From: Antedon mediterranea
Lineage: Eukaryota; Animalia; Echinodermata
Direction: 5' to 3'
Assembly (NCBI RefSeq): GCF_964355755.1
Contig: NC_092671.1
Location: 26,920,070 to 26,984,069 of the forward strand
Length of the DNA: 64,000 nt
This document shows, in pieces, positions 22,216 through 35,284 of the stretch (its first letter is position 1; each line of letters opens with the position of its first letter). The notes beneath the pieces were generated by a model. That model ran no database searches, was not told where the DNA came from, and saw only the letters and a list, made by a program, of their open reading frames with translations. The position numbers were made by a program, and so were the translations under genes.

Positions 22216-25200
22216 TTAATCAATGGTATCCTCTTGTTTGCCCTTCAAGTCCAGATCGGCATTGAACATGCGCATGTCATAGACATTCATTCTCTGAGAC
22301 TGATCATCAAATTCAGGACCAAGGGTCCAAAGCTTTTCAAGTTCATAGATTTCTCTTGTCTCTTCAAGCATGAAATGAAGAACAATGTTTCCTAAAAAAA
22401 AAATACAAATCTCATTAGGGCCTTTATTAAAGACATATTCTTTTCTTTCATTTATATTGTTTATTTTTCTCCAAAACATGGGGAAAAAACGATGGTGGAA
22501 AAATAAAACTTTAAGTAAGCCATTTGCAATTTTTAATAAAGTTACGGTATATATTTCACAGATTTTCTAATCTGTCAATGCATCTGTCAACTCTTCATAT
22601 ATGGCACTGTACAAAATATATTTATAGCACCCTCCATTATTTGGCATATTTGGCTTTCATAAATTCTCGCACAAATTAAATTTTTTAACTTGGGAAGCTA
22701 TGTATTTATTATGGTAATTACCAAAATCAATGCACATCCAATCATCTGTGTTTTTGCCTTCAATTGTTAGAAAGGGATGGTTTTCTGATTTCATCTCTTT
22801 ATACTAAAAGAAAAAGAAAAAAACATATTACAACTAGACTTAATTCGTCACTATGACGAATTATAGGTTATATGCATTGATTTAAATAAAGATAATTGAT
22901 TTTTAAAAGATATATTGATTGATTGATTTTCTCAGAATCTTTAATTATTTATAATATATGATAGGACCTTGCTAACCGGTATCACAATCCGATCAAAGAT
23001 CCATATGCGTATAATGTCATAAACCACATTTGTTGTTACATAATAATAAAGACATAAGTTAATTTTTATCTAGATTTCATTATAAATCATGTGTATAATC
23101 TATACACTAAGAAATAAATTTGAACAAACAATACGGATAATAAAAAAAAATCTTATTTCGTTTCCCAAGGTGAGACTCGATCTCGGTACCTTGAATGCCA
23201 TAGACACGAGCACAGACCATCGAGCCATACACAACTGGCTAAAAGTTGTAGAAAAATTCCTCCGTGTATTTACTATGCAGTAACCACTTTGGTGCAAATA
23301 GATTATTACATACCGAAATGAATTATAATTTTTTACTATGATGACATCTTTAAAATGTAAACAAATGATGCACTGTCAAACTACATACTTTTAACTTTAA
23401 TATATGAACTTTTGAATGAAGAAAGTTAATGTTAAGTTTGTTATTTTGGCCTAAGAAAATGTCATAATTTGTTTGATTGTCGAAATTAATTTTTATAAAT
23501 TTAATATGCAATTAATAATGACTTAATCAACTTTTGTTCTTCTAATTTCATAATAAATCATACATTTGATACATACACTTCAAGAAAATGAAATAAAAAA
23601 TAGGTGTTCCCCTGCATTCTGACGATATATATTAATTTAAAAATTTAGCATATTTTCACCATTTTGTTAACTTATACGTGCGTAGCCAGTCACTTTTGAC
23701 GTGCTCGTATAACGCAATTTCGAGTTGAAACCTGAATCAAATATGATGATATTATTAAAGAAAGATTGTAAACCAGAAATCGGGCAAAAAGAGTGCGCAT
23801 TAACGTTTAACGCGCAGTGCGCGTGCAAAAATCTGCGCACTCATGGCAATTTTTTAAACGCTTAAAATTGCCTGAAACGTACTCTAATTTCATCGAAAAT
23901 AAATTTTGACAATTTTGAACATTTTAAGCGCGCGTACGCAAGCGTTATATGCGCTACGCACGTAATTGTATTGCCATATGACGAAATATGACCTGAAATT
24001 TATGAGTACCAAATTTTGTTTAATTGTGATTCATGCTTGTGAAGATATGATTACATACGTGATTTCGTAAAATCGCACGTAGACCGCGTAATTTTTGATT
24101 GCGTATCGTGAAAATATAACCACATCGATTCCTGGCCATAAGGAATATACTCTGAAAAATTGACTTAGATAGATGAAACTGATGCCAAGATAATTCACGG
24201 ACAAAATAGTGCTAAGGAAAGAATAAATAAATAAATAAATAAAGATTTTGACAGAATCAAGAGGTTATATGCATATCATGCATATAACCTAATTATTATT
24301 AACTACGCTCCATTTGCACCTTTGTTTTTAATATTATTTATTTAGCATGAATGCCAGGCTTGAGAGTGTGTTTTCCCAACTGTACACACTACAGTATCAG
24401 GCTCCAGACACAATAAATACTACATCTCCAGTAATTTAATTTGTAAAGCTGACACACAAATTACAGTTACAAACAAGTTTTTAACTGTATGTAAAACTCT
24501 TTTTAAAAAAGAAATACTGTAGTATAAAAATAAATAAAGCAATAATATGAATTGTATCGAAGAAAAACGTTGGTATAAGCCCCACGAACTGTAGGGGGCA
24601 AACAAGCTCTCCTTTCCTTTCTATCGGTTTATTACAATGCAAAGGATCGGACATTTGGTCAAGTTCAGCACTTTCGAGGCCAGGCGGTTAAGGGTATGTT
24701 CAGACTCACGGGGTTACGGTGGAGAAATCCGTGGCGTTAAAAACCAAGGTGTTCAGACACAACGATAGACACAACGATTAACATTCCAATGCCTTGCGTT
24801 TAAAACACGCTGATCAGGTCAAAGCAGAGATAACTATATGTATACATTCATGACAATGCATGAAAGTTTACATCATTTACATTGTTTTTTTTTAAATTTT
24901 ATTTATATAATGTTTACCTTCAAATATACCGATTTGTTCTTACTACTTGTAGAATTGCATTTTAATTCAAAATAATTTAAAACGTAATTGATTAATTGAT
25001 TTAATTTATGAATATATCATATTATCATATTACAAATACATTTGAATAGCTATTTCGCTGTCGTATCATAGGGTATGGGTATGTAGTTGCTGTCTGCTAA
25101 TCGTGGTCGTGTATTTTCATTGGTTAAGGTTAAAATCACTGATACATCACTGGATTAGCGTTATGAAATCTACCCTCTTCCGCTAGAGTTATTAACGCCA

Positions 25201-28200
25201 CTGGCGCGGAATAACAGCTTCCTAACGCTAATCCGCGGCATGGTTTAGACACAAAAATATGTATGCCGCTAACATAACTCCACTGTAACTCCGTGAGTCT
25301 GAACATACCCTAAGACAGTGGAAGGAATGTAATCCATAGCCTTATGACAAGGGTAACTCCATAGTTCTGGTGGTAGAACAAGTCTTCTCAAATAAGGACT
25401 ATAAACTGTAGGTCCAATGTACGCATCTAGCTCTTGTGCACCTACTACATCTTTCGAGATGATATAGGCTCACTGTTGTGGATAGACAAAATAGCGCCGT
25501 AATTGGCAGAACAGACATGACGTGGGGAGAAGCATGTTGAAAAGTGTAACTCCAAAGCGCATTGGGACGACATATTGTTTGTGTAATGCACTAAATAAAT
25601 ATAATATTAACATTAAATTAATTTGACATTAATTACGTCCTTTGCTATGCCCTTCCTCCAATTAAAAAATCGCTGTTGCTAATAATATGGTACGGTATCC
25701 TAACTTTCGTTTGCTAAAAGTATGGTAAAATTGCATTACGTCATGATCAGCCAAAGGTGTGCTAGTACGTGCGTGATGTCATCGTATAAGGACTTATACA
25801 ATTTTCATATTGCGTCTGTAGAGAATGCCTATCGGCAGCGCCAGGCTGCATGGATGTGTGTGCGCTGATTCTGTGACTCAGCCCCGGGGCTAGACCTAGC
25901 AATTTTGAATCCAGAAGTTTAATAACGACAACGTCGATGCTGTAGTAATAAATCAAGTTCATGTGGTTGGTTTAAAACATGCACTCAATCTCAAATATTA
26001 TTTCATTATAAAACATACAGTAGTAGTATTATAATCCAATATGTTGATAGCCAAATTAGAAGTAAAGAAATTATAATTCAATGTTGGAAATTGTGTTGCC
26101 TCTAGTTCATTCGTCCATATCGTTACTATATATATATGAGGGTTTATTTTTATTCCAAATGGCCTATATTTTTTATTAAACTTTGTTTACAGATAGTGAC
26201 TATAAACAACAAGCAAATGAGGACAATAAAGGGGCCCTCAAATACTATGATTTAGACAGTAGCCCCAGGGCACTTTTGTACAATTAATGTGTGCATTTTG
26301 TCATTTTTAACGTGATCGTTTAGCACTATTTTAAGTCGAAATGAACTAAAATTTTGTGAATGTACCAAGGAAGATGAGTAGAATGCAATTTGTACAAAAA
26401 ATTGTATTCTTTATGCTTTTTATTTGACTTGCTCCAAGTCTTTTTTAAAGTCATTCCACACGTCGTCGTTTTGATTTTTGTCTGAAAATACAGACTTGTA
26501 AAACACGTATAGAAATCGATTTGCAGACCGCAAACATCCGATAAGAATGACGTAGGTTATCATACCATATTTAATGTTAAGCACGATAATTTAGTTTCTT
26601 CTATTGCTCAAACTGCTTGCGGCGTCCCTCAAGGAACTAAATTGGGACCCATTCTTTTCCTCATCCTGATTAATGATGCTTGTTTAGAAAGCTGCAGACG
26701 GTGGAAATACGTAGATGACTTAACTTTAAGTGAGATGAATAGAATTGGTGATAATTCAAATATGCAGTCTTTACTAGATGACTTTAACGAATGGAGTAAC
26801 TATAATAACATGTTACCTAAGCCATCCAAGTGCAATTCTATGCAAATTAGTTTTCTTCGTCGTGATGTTCCTCCTCCCAATTTCTCCATCAATGGTGTTG
26901 ATCTTGAGGTGGTTGGTCATATGAAACTCCTGGGTGTTACTATTAGTAATGACTTAAGATGGAATCTTCATGTTAATGATATCGTACGTAGGGCTTCGAG
27001 AAAATCGTTCACATTATGCATTCTAAAAAAGGCCAATGCACCAATGAATGACCATATTAATGTTTACTTAGCTTATATTAGACCTTTGTTAGAATATGCT
27101 TGTCCTGTGTGGCATGGTTACCTAACTGGGGAGAAGTCTCGTGCTATTGAGAGAATCCAGAAACGAGTTCTTCGAATAATACTAGGGACTGATCACATGT
27201 ATGAAGAGGCGTGCGAGATCGCCGGCCTCCCATTGCTTGCGACGACGAGGGTGGGTCTGGTGTTGTCTTTTGGTGAGAAACTTCTTGCCTCTGACATATT
27301 TTGGAATATGCTCCCTCATTGTCGCGAACTTGATGTCGGCCTTCGGTCTCGCCCCCCTCCTTCGTATTCCGATTGGCAGAACTGAGCGATTTAAGAAATC
27401 ACCTGTTCCCACTATAGCTAGACTGTTAAACGAAGTTTATGTTTTGTAATGTTATTTTGATGATCTGCTTTTTAAAATATTTTACCTGTTTTTATTATGA
27501 TTGTATATTTATATTTATTTATACAGTAATGTACGACTACGGTTTCAGCCATCGGCTGTTTGTGTCATTGACTTTTTTTGAATAAAGATATACCGAAATA
27601 TTTGGCTATATGGGGCGGGCAGTATGTAAATATAGATTTTGAACCATGTTAAAGAATGAAAATATCGAGTACGGATGAGTGATCACGCTGAAAAGCTTAT
27701 TAGTACTAAGTTAAAGTATTTTAAAAACATTTTGAAATTATTGTGATCATTGCCATTCAACTTTTTAAGATATTTGATACACAAAAAGTGTACAGAAAGA
27801 AGAATAATATTTTAATTTAGTACAATAACAATAGGTGATCATTTTGTTCTAAATGATCACCTAATGAAGCATAAAGAAAATGTTAAGCGGTTGATCACTG
27901 TTTTCGCGATATGAAAAAAATCCAAAGTCCTTATACAAGACGTCACACACGTACCAGCAACCCATTGGCTGATTATGATGTAATGCAATTTTACCGTACC
28001 TGCTTTAGGATACGGTACCGTATCTTTAGCCACGGCGTTTAAAAATGCCGGATCTGCCACTGTGAAAGAGGGGGATAGAATGAGAAAAAGAGATTTTAAA
28101 TACCCTTTTATTAAAATGTTCTGCCATGGCCTTTAAATGCCTTGTTGATCGTCCAGTCGACAACACCATGTAATCTGCATACCTAATTTTTTTTGGTAGT

Positions 28201-29304
28201 TGGATTACACAAACATCCCTAGCATTCTCTTCTTCTAACATCTCTACCATCTCTCCAATGTTAAATACATAATCTACAGTTAGTGCACAATAAAAAAAAA
28301 GAGTCATTTCATTAAAATGAATGTATTTTCTAGGGATGTGGTAACCGTATGCCTAGACAACATTTAAAAGAAACACATTTCTAGCAATGATTATTAATTG
28401 ATAATCTGTCATCTTCGGAGTAGGAAAAATAGTTTCTCCAATGATAAATATATTTATCTAAATTCCACTACATTTAAATTGTGTTTATACGGATAATGGT
28501 ACCACAGGGACCGGAAAATGTTCATACTGTATGATTAGCAATAATTGATAACTGAAACATAGTTTTGTCCTGCATGTTCTTAAAAGATTAGCCTATAATT
28601 ATCATTGTGTATCAAAACACATGGCATCGATGAAGATGTCTTCTGTATTGTGTAAAAGGCCTATTATCATACTGTAGTGTAACTATATACAGTACAATGA
28701 TATTATTTTCAGGGGGACAATATTTACCTTTATCCAGAATCAAGTCTGAAAGTTCCGAGACTTGATGTTGGTCAGAGCAGAACCTCTCGTTCTTCTCGCC
28801 AGGATTTTTCATTCTGTCACTTCTATTCAACATAGGTTCAAAGCCTAAGTTCTCCTTTATTATTGTTTTTTCCTCTTCTGTAATAAGTTCAGGTTGTTCA
28901 AAATCTGTCCACAATTCTTGCATCAAAGATTTTGCTTCTGGGTCATTTTGAAACCTTTCTAACAAATTTGAATTTTTGTCAGTTGAGTAAAATAAAAATC
29001 TCTCATTATTATTATTGAATAATAACGGATTATTAATACTAATAAAGGAATTCTTATGTAATTGTCCACATAATCGGCTACCTAAAATTTTAGGTCTAGG
29101 TTTGATTTCAGTGATATTTTTCTTGACCGAGAATGAGATCAATCTAGGCCTAGGCCTAGGCCTGATTCGGCCAATCAAACCTGTAGCTGACTCAACGGAT
29201 AAAAGTGCTTTTCTTTCCCACACATTTGATAACAAATTCAAATAGGAACCGACAACCGGGCCTACACTTCTACAACAAAGTCCACAAGCTACCAAGCTAT
29301 GCAT
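22216..29304 (-). CDS. MALSU1: Mitochondrial assembly of ribosomal large subunit protein 1 (RsfS/Iojap family). Exons: 29304-28728, 28273-28104, 22803-22722, 22391-22216
   Basis: Presequence-like N-terminus, then [44 protein letters not shown]|[17 protein letters not shown]|[23 protein letters not shown]. Junctions are GT-AG and in phase. Confidence 0.92.
22832..24292 (+). mobile_element. HINE family D (~1.46 kb) with an antisense tRNA-like unit
   Basis: 5' AACTAG, hairpin TAATTCGTCA-cta-TGACGAATTA, subTIR AGGTTATATGCA, then (AAAT)n and a 3' palindrome AGGTTATATGCAT-atc-ATGCATATAACCT (24262-24290). Near-identical copy at 58153-59628. Confidence 0.78.
24590..25610 (+). mobile_element. Degenerate SINE (Nin-domain-like core) split by a Harbinger MITE
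   Basis: GTCTTCTCAAATAAGGACTATAAACTGTAGGTCC (~25382-25415) resembles the Nin central domain as I recall it. It has a SINE-like tail AAGCGCATTGGGAC..AATGCACTAAATAAAT. Confidence 0.4.
24692..25310. mobile_element. PIF/Harbinger-type MITE
   Basis: TIRs GGGTATGTTCAGACTCACGG / CCGTGAGTCTGAACATACCC, flanked by a TAA target duplication (24689-24691, 25311-25313). Confidence 0.88.
26560..27590 (+). mobile_element. 5'-truncated CR1/L2-superfamily LINE (RT 3' end) in MALSU1 intron 2
   Basis: [60 protein letters not shown], then a 3' UTR ending in AATAAA. Confidence 0.88.
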
Positions 29305-30682
29305 AACTGAACTGAAGTTTGTTTATAATATTTGTAATACAATTTCAAGTTTGTATTACCAACATTAAAAAACGTTCACATTTGAAGTATTTAAAACAAT
29401 AAAAATGATGTTTAAAAATTGAGCGAACTCGACCACACATGCTTTTTTAGTGGGGAGACGAAAACATAAAATAAAATGCATGATTCCAATAAAGCATGAC
29501 TACGCTCGAGTTCGTTCAAGCGGTAAAAAACTCGAGGAACCCAATTCGTACCACTCCTCCGAGCGCGGTAAAGTAAACTTGTGCTGTGCGGGGTTTTTTT
29601 TCGGGGATTAGCAGCTGCTAGGGCCTAGGCCTGGGTATTTTGATTTTTATCAAACTGACTTTGCCTACATACACGGGATTGTCTACTTACTTGAAGAAGA
29701 TAATTGTAATGCAATTCTAACTTGGCCTAATCCCTCTCTAGGCCCAGGCTAGCTACTACTAGCTAGCCTGGGCCTACTACTAGCTATATTAGGCTAGGCT
29801 AGGCTACTTTTAGGGCGCCCTTTAGCTAGGCTACGCCTTTTTCGAGTCTGCCCCGCAGGCCTAGCCTATTAGTAATTACTAGTAGTAGAGGCAATGCCGC
29901 CAAGCTGATGACATGATTCTAGTCGTCGTCGATGGGGGTGGGGTGTGCACTCTCCTAGGGATCTAGTAGGCATAGTAGCCGTAGGCCTTGCTATTAGGGT
30001 CAGTTATTTTAATTCAAATTGCTCAAAGTCAAAAATTCGTGAAGATTTACTATTTAGCATACTACTATACAATAAATTTCATGCACAATTTTCAATTTTA
30101 TAAATTGTGCATAATAGCCTACACATGCATGCTGGAGGCGATTTTATTTTCCATACGGCAGTTCCTCCATCAGTTCGTTTCGGACATAAGCCACTTGAGT
30201 TAACTTTGCCTCTATATATTCTGTAATAGACCTATCGTTTAGGCCAGAATATGTATTAACATTTTGCAAAGTTATCAAAGATTTTACTTGCACAAATGTT
30301 TTCATCTGTAATTTCAAAAATACTATTTACGATTGATTTGTAAAGCTCTGTTGTATAAATTTTACGTGACCAACCCATCGCAAGTCTATTTAATGCGCGT
30401 TCAAAAATCATGTCGTCTATAACTGTTCTATTCCGCGTTCAATTGGGCTGCTGGCTTCTTGAATAGTTTAGGCCTTGGCCTAACCTCTCTTTAAAAGTAG
30501 GTGTCTAATAAAACAAATATTCAATGTTTAGAATCATTTCTTTCATTTAAATAGGAAATGTAATATTTTCACCCTATGAAATTATTTCGCCCATTGCACT
30601 CATAAACAATAATTTGTATATTAAATTTTAAAATAAATAAAAATCCAGAAAAAAAGTTGCTTTTAACATTACAGACATCCAG
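29305..30682. promoter_or_regulatory. Bidirectional promoter region and 5' UTRs of MALSU1 and the PRIM2-like gene
   Basis: Divergent ATGs lie ~1.4 kb apart. Locally GC-richer segment with dense AGGCCT/CTAG motifs. The acceptor ttacag at 30673, just before the PRIM2-like ATG, implies a non-coding first exon. Confidence 0.6.
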
Positions 30683-33600
30683 ATGACATTTTATATCAAG
30701 CCACCATCTGGAACAACACATCTGGAAAATCTTGAGACATGCGTCCTCAAGAGAATGAGGTTCCTGCTTCATGTGGATGATTGTGATTCAGAAGAAAATG
30801 ATTATCACAATAGTAGTAGTAACAAATTGACTCAGTGTAAAGACGATGGACATGGGGATGATGCTAGTATCAGTGTTTTGTTAGGAAGTGCAAGTCTTCG
30901 GTCATTTCAAGAATTGTTAAGAAAAGAAGAGAATGTATCTTACTCAGATTGTTTAATAGAAGGCTCACGAAAAGACAGGATTTCGCATTTCACTCTTCGG
31001 TAAAATTTGCACAGATTTTGATAACAATTGAGTTAACTAGTATTATATAACACCTAAATAAATTCCTGTCATTTGATTGGACGATTGTGGGTCACATGGC
31101 GTGCAATAGTACGCACTATTAAACGATCGTTTAATAGTACTTTTTGAAACATTTTTGTGTACGAAAAAAAAAACGTCTCGCGGATGAAAAAAAATCTAGT
31201 ACACAAATTATCCTATGATATGGCTATGTACTGTGAAATACAACAGCGCCACCTGTCGTCTGGTCTCAGTTTCATTTGTAAACACCACCGCGAGATATGC
31301 AACAGCAGCAGATATTTGTGTACGATTTGGACATTATGTACTAATTTCATTCAAAAAGGCATTTAAATTAGCTTTAGATCGTTTTTAGGATTTTGATTAA
31401 TTAATGGGGACATCCCTACAAGACGTGGAATTGTTGGAAAAACCATAATTAGCTTAGATAAGTTCCAATTGTCTGTCGAAGTTTTGCCTTTCAGCCAAGC
31501 TAGTACTAGGCTACTATACTAGGTCTAGCCTAGGCCATGCTAGTATTAGGCTAGGCCTAGCCTAGGCGTTTTAGCCTTGCTAGGCCTAGGATTGTTTGGT
31601 CGTTTGTTGACATAATTAACACAAAAGTAGGTGTGTTTACGAAATCCATATAAATATAACATTATTAAAAACCAAATGTTACTGTTTTTAATCAAATGTG
31701 TGTGAATGAAATGTAGTAAGCTTTGGCTAGGGCTACCTTTTATTTGATTCAAATAACTAGAATTTATTTAGATGTTATATAAAACAAATAATGAATGTTT
31801 TGTATTCGTATAATGGCACTTGGTGAATGATGAAAGGTTATATCAACTCGGCTTTGCCTCGTTGATATAACCTTTCATCATTCACCTCGTGCCATTATTT
31901 GTACCATTACACTCATAAACATTCATTATTTGTATAATATTAAAGCCATTCAGTAATGTGTCTGTGTTTTGGAACATAGACACAAAAAAGCATTTATTTA
32001 TATTGGATTGATAATCTAATTTTAATTTCTTTTTTTAGCTTGGCATGCTCTATGGATCAAGAATTACAGCAATTTTTCATGACTGCTGAAAAAAAGTTAT
32101 TCCATTTCCGGTTTTCCTCGATGAATGCTGAAGAATTGGCCTCCTTCTTAAGATCAACACAAAAGTTCCTATCACGTCTTCTACGACGTTCACATGAAGT
32201 AGTTTCCGAAGGAAAGTTTTCATTCCTTCTGCAAAGTTTACATGATATTTTACTAAAAATCTATAATGTTGGGGATAGTTGGGAGGATGTGACACAGAAA
32301 TATGTTGAGGGTAATACAGAAAAGACTGTGCAAGTTCCATTTCAATGCGCACTGGATCTGATTGCGCAACGTAATGTGGAGCTTCATGCAGGCATTGCAT
32401 CGATTCCAATCGCAAAACTTGACACCATTATGACAGGACTATTTGAAAAGGTTCTGTGGCATGGGATGTTACACTCGCAGAGGGCATTGGACAGAGTTCT
32501 TGTTGATGAAAGAATGGAAGATCTGTTTAACAAAGCTTGTGAAATGTTCTCTTCAGTGAGGACAAATTATTCGTACATCTTCAGAAGGAGAAATACTCTT
32601 CGAATGAACCTCAGAGATGTTGATAAAAATGTGGAGATTTTTCCCCTTTGTATGAGCCACCTGCATTATACTTTAAGGAGAAAACACAGGTTAAGACATT
32701 TCTCAAGAGTAAGTTACTGTACACCTGTTATGTTGAATAGACTAAAAACAAAATTTAAGTAATGGAGGCTACGGTTGCGGAAATCTGTGAATTTATAAAA
32801 TAGTGGCAATTACAGGGGAACAAGGTTTTAGTACAATTCCTGTCCAAATGTTCAAATCTTTGATGTTCAACAGGGTGTTGTACTACGACCACACCCCAAG
32901 CTGATAGTGGCACCTTTCCTATTCCAAAACCATAGGTCACTTTTTATGTTAGATACTATTTCATCTGTTATTTTATCTGTTATAGTAATTTGATAATGGT
33001 TTTAATTACTTATTATTAATTGTACCTTTCTTCAACCTCATTAATATTATTATATGGAACATAATAAGCATTAAAGAACCATTCTGCTTTTCTTTCTTTA
33101 AGATCCAGTACACACTGTTTTTAAAAGATGCAGGTGTGTCTGTAAATGATGCAATTCGGTTCTGGAAAGCGGAGTACTGCCGACCTGATCACGGTAAAGA
33201 TGGGGAACGGCGGCGTAGTTCACATTCATGGAGTAAAGACGCAAAACGGTATACATACAGCATCAGGCACTTGTATGGACTTGAGGGATCTCGTATTAAC
33301 TATCGTTCTCATACATGTACATCAATTCAGGTACATATATTTCCATTTTGTGTTATTTATACTACAGTACTTTAACTCCTGATTTAGTGTTTATCATCTA
33401 TCTTTCTATTTAGTTATCATATATTTGATAAAAATTGTATTATTTATTTTCATTTTATATCTTATTCAATTTTATGATGCTATTAGGCCTATTAATTTAA
33501 TTTTTGGTTACAAACAGAAAATGTCCCTAGGTCACGGCGAAGAAGGTGGATGTCCATATAAACATTTTGACAAGTGGTCACTAGCTACAGCCTTAACATG

Positions 33601-34615
33601 TGACCAGTTACAACCTAAAGCTGCAGCAGACATTCTTCTTTCAGCTAAGAATCATTGTTATTCAGATGCTTGCTTAAAACATCGTGTTGCAAAACTTGCC
33701 AAATTTGTTACAGATGAAGCTTTTCCATGTTGCAACTTAGAATCTGAATCTTGGACCAAACTTGATAGTTCCTCAGTGTCAGCAGGTGATAATTGCTTAG
33801 GAAAAGAACAAACAACTTCTGCTAAATTTCAAGAAGATTTGCAGATAAAAAGAGAGGTTCTAAAACAATATACTCTCTTTCCAACAAAGCGCCCTCTTTT
33901 TTCAAACAAGGTTAAATATGAAAAAAATGAAACAAAGAAAGGAGCACCAGCGATCTCACTACAAGAACAAACAAGTTCTGCTGAAAACAAATTTCAAGAA
34001 GATTTGCAGATAAGGGAGGTTCTTGAACAACATCCTCACTTGTCAACAAAACGCCCTCTTTTTTCAAAAAAAGTTAAATATGAAAGAGATAGTGAATTAA
34101 AGAAAGGATTAACAGAAATCTCTCTACAAGAACAAACGAGTCATGTTGAAGATATGCAGATAAAAAGAGAAGTTCCTGAGGAAGAATCAACTAAGAATCC
34201 TCTCTTTTTAAGGAAAGTGAAAATTATTGAAAGAGATAGTAAGTTAGAGAAAGGAGAACCAACAATCTCACTGCAAGACCAAACCTTTTCTGTTCAAAAT
34301 GAAATTCAAGATGGTTTTAAGATTAAAAGAGAAGTTTTTGAAGAACACTCTTCTTTATCTACAAAACTTCCTCTCTTTTCGAAAATGAGTTCAATGAAAG
34401 AAAAATGCAATAAAATTAAGAATGATGTTTCCTTTGGTGAAACTGATGTGCTAACACCTATAGCAAAAGAAAAATTACTATATAAAAAAGACAATGACTT
34501 AAAAGATGTATTTGTGCAATTTTATAAGCCTGTAGCCAAACCTATTGATTACCATACAAGTTACCAGAATTTGTTGAATGGACTTCGGGAAAAGAATGAA
34601 AAATTAAATCAATAA
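30683..34615 (+). CDS. DNA primase large subunit (PRIM2/PriL)-like protein, divergent. Exons: 30683-30999, 32039-32708, 33103-33330, 33518-34615
   Basis: FYIKPP, KDRISHFTLRLA..EKKLFHFRF, FPLCMSHLHYTLRRKHRLRHFSRIQYTLFLKDAG, YTYSIRHLYGLEGSRINY..TC, GGCPYKH, YSDAC and KPIDY. Four Cys sit at the [4Fe-4S] ligand positions. Junctions are GT-AG and in phase. Confidence 0.85.
31041..31938. mobile_element. Non-autonomous element with nested inverted repeats and a long terminal hairpin
   Basis: IR TATATAACACCTAAATAAATTC (31044-31065) / GAATTTATTTAGATGTTATATA (31760-31781). Second IR at ~31782-31800 / 31917-31935. Perfect 26-bp stem at 31822-31847 / 31861-31886. Confidence 0.6.
33805..34385 (+). repeat. 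Coding tandem repeat (~4 units of ~50-55 aa) in PRIM2-like exon 4
   Basis: Units read QED(L/M)QIKREV..(S/P)TK.PLFS.KVKYE....KKG...ISLQEQT in the 33425-34615 ORF. Confidence 0.85.
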
Positions 34616-35284
34616 TATCTTCATGATCTACATTATGATCTAATACCCATTTTAATGACATTTTGATAATGTACTTAATTCTACATTCTAAGTAAAAGTA
34701 TTATGTAAATGTTATGATCAATTTTAACTGTAAAATAGATATACTATTAATTAATTAGTGTGTTGATTTGAATTTTAAATTAATTACAGTTTTGAAATGT
34801 CAAATCAGAATATAAAGTATTGTAAGTAATTTCATATTTTAAATTTTAAAAAGCTTTTCCTTTAATAAAATGTATAAATAATGCGATTACTCTTGATGCA
34901 CTGAAAATCCTGAGATTGTATTTTAAAATCTAACCAAAATGAATTCATATATTTTAATATTACTTTAAATATTGTATTTACTTAGTCAATTTAAATACTA
35001 ATACATTGTGTTTACATGATAACATCTTTCTGATGACTTGTTGCAACATAAATGTGAGAAATATTACCTTTACCAATTTACCAAAGAGAACAGAACAGAA
35101 ATATAATACAGTATTTCTTATTTGCCTACGAATCGAATGCACAAATGTAAAAATCACAATTCAATAAAATATATATTTTCGTTTCGTAGTATTTATTCAA
35201 CCAAAAAATAGTACTTATTTTATTTAACATAAATATTTTAAACTTTTTAACATAACAGTTTCCCCTTTTTTTGGTTAGGATCTG

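Noticed and set aside
23089-23297. Short ORFs repeated at 58424-58657
   Set aside because: They recur only because they lie in copies of HINE family D, over the tRNA-like unit. No protein motif.
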